The notes under the pieces were generated by a model that was not told the origin of the DNA, ran no database searches, and was given only the letters and a program-made list of their open reading frames with translations. From contig JALGXW010000010.1 of assembly GCA_029821875.1 (NCBI GenBank), forward strand, positions 3,859-67,858: a stretch of DNA of 64,000 bases. The letters are read 5' to 3'. A program made the position numbers and the translations under genes. Position 1 is the first letter of the stretch, and every line of letters begins with the position of its first letter. The stretch comes from Candidatus Hebobacterum abditum. Its GTDB lineage: Bacteria; Armatimonadota; Hebobacteria; Hebobacterales; Hebobacteraceae. Shown here one piece after another: positions 59,107 through 64,000 of the stretch.

Positions 59107-60047
59107 GCAACCCGGCCGTCGAGGTCCGCGAGCTTACCAAGCGTTTCGGCGACTTCACGGCAGTGAGCGAGGTATCGTTCTCGATATCCCCTGGGGAGAT
59201 CTTCGGCCTGCTCGGGCCCAACGGCGCCGGGAAGTCGACCACCGTCCGGATGCTCTGTGGCATTCTCCTGCCGACGAGCGGCGGAGGAAAGGTCGCCGGC
59301 TACGACGTGGTAGCCGAGCCGGAAGCGGTCCGTGCCCACATCGGGTACATGTCTCAGCGTTTCTCTCTCTATCCCGACCTCACCGTCCTGGAGAACCTCA
59401 CATTCTACGGAGGCGCCTACGGGCTCTCATCTGGGCTGTTGTCCGATCGGGCAGAGTGGGCGCTCGACATGGCCGGACTGGTGGAACAGCGCGGACAGCT
59501 CACGGCTGAGCTTCCCGTCGGCTGGCGACAGCGCCTGGCGCTCGCCTGCGCTCTTCTCCACGAGCCCAAGGTGGTCTTCCTGGACGAGCCGACGGCGGGA
59601 GCCGACCCGGTTTCCCGGTGGCAGTTCTGGGATGTGATCTACAGTCTGCGTGCCGCGGAGGTGGCGACTCTCGTCACGACGCACTACATGGACGAGGCCG
59701 AGCGATGCGACCGCCTGGGCTTCATCTTCTCGGGTCGGTTGGTCGCTCTCGGCTCGCCGGATGAACTCAGGAGCATTAGCACCCGGGAATCATTGGTCGA
59801 GGCGCAGTGCGAGATGCCTGCGGCGGCCGCCCAGGCATTGCGCGATCGGCACGGCCTTCCGCGGACCAGGCTGCACGGGCGGGGGCTGCACGTGTCCGTG
59901 CCCGAGTCCGAAGGCGCGGTGGAGAGGGTGAGAGCGGCCCTGCTCGCAGAACATCTCGACGTCAGGAGCGTGGAGGCGGTCACGCCCAGCTTGGAAGACG
60001 TCTTCGTGGATCTGACCCGATCGCGCGCGGAACAGTGGGCCCCATGA
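59103..60047 (+). CDS. ABC transporter ATP-binding protein
   Basis: GPNGAGKST, LPVGWRQRL, LDEPT, THYMDEAE. Confidence 0.95.
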   Translation: MSNPAVEVRELTKRFGDFTAVSEVSFSISPGEIFGLLGPNGAGKSTTVRMLCGILLPTSGGGKVAGYDVVAEPEAVRAHIGYMSQRFSLYPDLTVLENLTFYGGAYGLSSGLLSDRAEWALDMAGLVEQRGQLTAELPVGWRQRLALACALLHEPKVVFLDEPTAGADPVSRWQFWDVIYSLRAAEVATLVTTHYMDEAERCDRLGFIFSGRLVALGSPDELRSISTRESLVEAQCEMPAAAAQALRDRHGLPRTRLHGRGLHVSVPESEGAVERVRAALLAEHLDVRSVEAVTPSLEDVFVDLTRSRAEQWAP

Positions 60048-61165
60048 GCGTTCGGCGCGTGTGGGCAGTTGCCGACAAGGAGATCCGCTACCTCCTGCGG
60101 GACCCGCGGAGCCTGGGAGTCACTCTCCTCCTGCCTGTTGTCTTGCTTGTTCTCTTCGGGTATGCGATCAACTTCGACGTGAAGGGCATCCCTCTGGCCG
60201 TCTATGACCCCGACCTGACGCCTGCGAGCCGTGACCTGACGAATGCGCTCTCTCGGGCCGGATACTTCAGGCTGGTCGCCATGCTGTCATCGCCACAGCA
60301 GGCAGATCGCGTTCTGGCCGCCGGGAAGGCGAAGGTCGTGCTCGTGATACCTAGAGACTTCGGGGCTGATCTGGCCGCAGGGCGGCCGGCACAGGTGCAG
60401 AGCCTCATCAACGGCGCCGACTCTCTGACCGCGACTGTGGCGCTCGGCTACCTCGAGGGGATGATCCAGGACTGGGCGGCGCGCCGCGGTGAGCGACGGG
60501 GGGCTCCCCCTGGGCCCCGCCTGCCCATAGAGCCTCGCGTTCGCGTCTGGTTCAATGAGGATCTGGCAAGCGTGAAGTTCATCACGCCGGGGCTGGCCGT
60601 GGTGATCCTTATGCTACTGTCCGCGCTTCTCACCTCACAGACGATCGTGCGAGAGCGGGAGCGCGGCACAATGGAGGGCCTGGCTGTCTCGCCGCTCACG
60701 CGCGGTGAGATACTCGCCGGCAAGCTCCTCCCCTATGTGCTCATTGCACTGGTCGATGTCGCCCTCGTAGCCACGGCGGGGCGACTGCTCTTTGGGGTCC
60801 CGCTGCGCGGCTTGCCGCTTCTCCTGCTGGCGCTCCTGCTCACATATCTGCTGGCGGCGCTCGGCATCGGCCTCTTCATCTCCGCCCTGGCGCGCACGCA
60901 GCAGGCGGCCTACCTCGTCGCCTTCATCGCTACGCTTCTGCCCACCATCCTGCTCACGGGATTCATCTTCCCAGTGTCGAGCATGCCGCGCGTGTTCCAG
61001 GCGCTTGTCCAGATCCATCCGGCCACGCACTTCATGGTGGTTGCGCGCGCCGTCAGCCTGAAAGCCGCCGGGCTGTCGGTTCTGTGGCCGCGCGCGGTCG
61101 CTCTGGTGGCGCTCGCAGTTGTGGTCCTCGGAGCCACGACCGCGAAGTTCAGGAAGACTCTGTGA
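60044..61165 (+). CDS. ABC-2 type permease (YbhS-like)
   Basis: KE...LRDPR, FGYAINFDV, RERERGTME, GKLLPY. Confidence 0.92.
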   Translation: MSVRRVWAVADKEIRYLLRDPRSLGVTLLLPVVLLVLFGYAINFDVKGIPLAVYDPDLTPASRDLTNALSRAGYFRLVAMLSSPQQADRVLAAGKAKVVLVIPRDFGADLAAGRPAQVQSLINGADSLTATVALGYLEGMIQDWAARRGERRGAPPGPRLPIEPRVRVWFNEDLASVKFITPGLAVVILMLLSALLTSQTIVRERERGTMEGLAVSPLTRGEILAGKLLPYVLIALVDVALVATAGRLLFGVPLRGLPLLLLALLLTYLLAALGIGLFISALARTQQAAYLVAFIATLLPTILLTGFIFPVSSMPRVFQALVQIHPATHFMVVARAVSLKAAGLSVLWPRAVALVALAVVVLGATTAKFRKTL

Positions 61166-61172
61166 GGTCAGC

Positions 61173-62279
61173 GTGCGAACTCGTCTACGACACGTGATCC
61201 AGAAGGAGATCCTGCAGATCAAGCGTGACCGCCGGATCATGGCCATGCTCATCGTGGCGCCGCTGTTCCAGCTCTTCGTCTTCGGCTACGCTGTCACTCT
61301 CGACATCAAGCACATTCCGTTCGTCGTCTGCGACCACGCGCGTACGGCCCAGAGCCGCGAACTGGTAGGCACGCTCGACCGCTCCGAGTACTTTGACCTC
61401 GCGGGGCGGGTTGATTCCTCCGCACGCTTGGACGAGTACCTGACCTCGGGGCGAGCTCTGCTCGCGCTTCACATACCCGGTGACTTCGCCAAGCGCCTGG
61501 CCCGGGGCGAGACAGCGCAAGTGCAACTCCTTGTCGACGGCACCGACATGAACTCGGCGGGAGTGGCGATGGCGTATCTCTCGGCCGCGGTCTCCGACTA
61601 CGTGCGACGGCAGACCGGACTGGACTCAGCGCGCAGCGCTGTTTCGCACGAACCGCGCGTCTGGTACAACCCCGACCTGGCCAGCGTGGACTACATGGTC
61701 CCAGGTGTGATCTGCATGATACTCGCCACCGTGATGACAGCCGTCACGGCGCTGTCTCTCGTCCGAGAGCGCGAAGTGGGCACGCTGGAGCAACTCGTCG
61801 TCACCCCGATCCGCCCCATCGAGCTCATGCTGGGGAAGACGCTCCCGTTCTCGGCCATCGGCCTCATCGACGTCGGCCTCATAGTGCTGGCGGCGCGCTA
61901 CTGGTTCGGAGTGCACGTCGCGGGAAGCGTCGCTCTGCTCTTCTTCTCCGCCGCGCTGTTCCTTCTGACGACGCTCGGCCTCGGGCTCTTCATCTCGACC
62001 GTCTCGCGCACCCAGCAGCAGGCGATGCTGACGGCGTTCTTCGTCATCATGCCCTCGGTACTGCTGTCCGGGTTCATGTTCCCAATCGAGAACATGCCCC
62101 CGGCCGTGCAGTTGATGACTTACCTCATCCCGCTGCGCTACTTCGTGTCAATAGTGCGAGGGATATTCCTGCAGGGCGTCGGATTCGGAATACTGTGGGT
62201 GCAGTTCGCGGCCCTCGTAGCATCAGGCGGCACCGTCTTCGCGCTGAGCGCGCTGCGCTTCCAGAAGCGTCTTGGATGA
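61173..62279 (+). CDS. ABC-2 type permease (YbhR-like)
   Basis: KE..QI.RD, WYNP.L, REREVGTLEQL, LSGFMFPIENMP. Confidence 0.92.
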   Translation: MRTRLRHVIQKEILQIKRDRRIMAMLIVAPLFQLFVFGYAVTLDIKHIPFVVCDHARTAQSRELVGTLDRSEYFDLAGRVDSSARLDEYLTSGRALLALHIPGDFAKRLARGETAQVQLLVDGTDMNSAGVAMAYLSAAVSDYVRRQTGLDSARSAVSHEPRVWYNPDLASVDYMVPGVICMILATVMTAVTALSLVREREVGTLEQLVVTPIRPIELMLGKTLPFSAIGLIDVGLIVLAARYWFGVHVAGSVALLFFSAALFLLTTLGLGLFISTVSRTQQQAMLTAFFVIMPSVLLSGFMFPIENMPPAVQLMTYLIPLRYFVSIVRGIFLQGVGFGILWVQFAALVASGGTVFALSALRFQKRLG

Positions 62280-62292
62280 ACAGGAGGACACG

Positions 62293-64000
62293 TTGGCTTT
62301 CACGACTCGACCAGTGATCATGGGTACCCACGGCGCAGTTGCGGCGGGCCATTACCTTGCAGCACGGGCCGGGCTGCGCATGCTCGAGATCGGCGGCAAT
62401 GCTATCGACGCCGGGGTGGCGATGGGCTTCGCGCTGGCCGTCCTCAAGCCCGACCAGAACGGCATCGGTGGGGAGTCTCCCATCCTCATCTACTCGGCCG
62501 ACCGCGCGCGTGCCTTCGCCATCAACGGGCAGGGAGTGGCCCCCGGAGAAGCGACCCTCGATCGGTTCCGAGAGATGGGCGTTGATCTAATCCCAGGAGA
62601 TGGATTCCTTCCGGCCACGGTTCCCTCCGCCGTTGACAACTACATCACTTCGCTCGCTGTCTTCGGCACGCTGCCTCTTGCGGAGGTCATCGCGCCGGCG
62701 CTCGAGCTGGCCCGGGACGGCTTCCCCATGTACGAATCCCTCCGGTCTGGAATCGCAGAGAACATCCCGCGCTGGCAGGAGCACTACCCATCCAGTACGG
62801 CCACCTTCGCGCCGGGGGGCCGGGCCCCCGAAGTCGGCGAGGTGTGGGCCCAGTCTGACTGGGCAGGCTCGATGAGCCTGCTGGCCGAGGCGGAGCGCAA
62901 GCACGCTCGCCGAGGCCGGACCGGCGCGCTGCGCGCCGCCCGCGACGTCTTCTACAGAGGCGAGATCGGTCGCGAGATCGTCACGTTCTCCCGCGAGTGC
63001 CGGGTGATGGACGCGAGCGGAGAGGCGCATGTCGGTCTCTTCCAGGAGAATGACTTCGCGGCCTACTCCGCCCGAGTCGAAGAGCCCATCCAGGCCGACT
63101 ATCGAGGCCTCACCGTCCACAAGTGCAATACGTGGTGTCAGGGAGCGGTGTTCCTCCAGCAGGTCAAGCTGCTGGAAGGGCTCGACCTCGCCAGGATGGG
63201 CCATAACACGGCCGACTACATCCACACAGTGATCGAGTGCGCGAAGCTGGCCTTCGCCGACCGGAATGCTCACTACGGTGACCCTGACTTCGCGGAGGTG
63301 CCCTTGGGTCGGCTCCTGTCCGCGGACTACGCGGAGGAACGGCGGACGCTCATCGACCCGAAGCAGGCGTCACTGGAGGAGCGTCCGGGCGACGTGCCGG
63401 GCGGGGGGAAACGGCAGCCGGGAGCGGTGGCGGACGATGCGCCCTGGCCGACGGTGCACGGGGGAGACACGACGCGCTGCTGCGCCGTGGACCGGCATGG
63501 GAATATGATCTCCATCACACCCAGCGGAGGGTGGTTCATGTCGTCGCCAGCGGTGCCAGGCCTCGGCTTCCCGTTGGGGACGCGGGGGCAGATGTTCGAA
63601 CTGGACCCGGAGCATCCGAACTGCCTGGCGCCGGGGAAGCGGCCTCGCTCGACGCTTACGCCATCGCTCGTGACGAAGGACGGGAGGCCGTGGATGGTGT
63701 TCGGCACGCCTGGCGGAGATTGCCAGGACCAGTGGACCCTGCAGTTCTTCCTGAACTACGTGGAGTTCGGAATGGATCTGCAGGAGGCCATCGATCAGCC
63801 GACGTTCCACAGCGAGCACTTCCGGGACTCGTTCTATCCGCGCGGGTCGAGGCCGGGGCACATGTCGATCGAGGGGCGAATCGAAGAAGCGGTGCGAGAG
63901 GAGCTGGAGGAGCGGGGCCACGCGGTCAGCGTCGTCGGCGACTGGGAGAACGGTCAGTGCGAGGGCATCCGATTCGATGCGGAGACGGGGCTGATCTCGG
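62293..64000 (+). CDS. Gamma-glutamyltransferase family protein, 3' truncated by window
   Basis: TTG start after AGGAGG: MAFTTRPVIMG.HG..AGHYLA...GGNAIDA; GDTT..AVD..GNMISITPSGG; PGKRPRSTLTP; GTPGGD; absent from ORF track because it has no stop in window. Confidence 0.9.
   Translation, partial: MAFTTRPVIMGTHGAVAAGHYLAARAGLRMLEIGGNAIDAGVAMGFALAVLKPDQNGIGGESPILIYSADRARAFAINGQGVAPGEATLDRFREMGVDLIPGDGFLPATVPSAVDNYITSLAVFGTLPLAEVIAPALELARDGFPMYESLRSGIAENIPRWQEHYPSSTATFAPGGRAPEVGEVWAQSDWAGSMSLLAEAERKHARRGRTGALRAARDVFYRGEIGREIVTFSRECRVMDASGEAHVGLFQENDFAAYSARVEEPIQADYRGLTVHKCNTWCQGAVFLQQVKLLEGLDLARMGHNTADYIHTVIECAKLAFADRNAHYGDPDFAEVPLGRLLSADYAEERRTLIDPKQASLEERPGDVPGGGKRQPGAVADDAPWPTVHGGDTTRCCAVDRHGNMISITPSGGWFMSSPAVPGLGFPLGTRGQMFELDPEHPNCLAPGKRPRSTLTPSLVTKDGRPWMVFGTPGGDCQDQWTLQFFLNYVEFGMDLQEAIDQPTFHSEHFRDSFYPRGSRPGHMSIEGRIEEAVREELEERGHAVSVVGDWENGQCEGIRFDAETGLIS

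Overview
High-GC bacterial chromosome segment with no phage, IS, CRISPR or rRNA evidence. Gene content (DUF881/DUF1290 in the dcw cluster, dapL, DUF1844) suggests an Armatimonadota-like lineage; this is inference only. In order: the end of a rearranged dcw cluster (ftsW-murC-murB-ddl-ftsQ-DUF881-sbp-ftsA-murG, no ftsZ), an HNH nuclease, an exported protein with two identical 47-aa MRGGG blocks, rhomboid, tRNA-Lys(UUU), APC-USP permease, aroA, a divergent aroC and cstA. Next come a nucleotide-sugar operon with a plant-type glucuronokinase, an orphan DNA methyltransferase, mutL-miaA-dapF-dapL-hflX with a candidate Lys-rich leader, a Cys-rich thioredoxin/ModA-like cluster, amidohydrolases, rodA, modAB, NUDIX-eIF2B fusion, prmA-acpS-nnr, radical SAM, MFS, AhpC, GH4 hydrolases, an ABC-2 exporter and a partial GGT. 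The most striking unexplained element is a ~100-nt intergenic structured RNA candidate (48376-48476) carrying a 24-nt stretch, mostly in an asymmetric bulge, exactly antisense to codons for the prepilin motif GFTLIELL.
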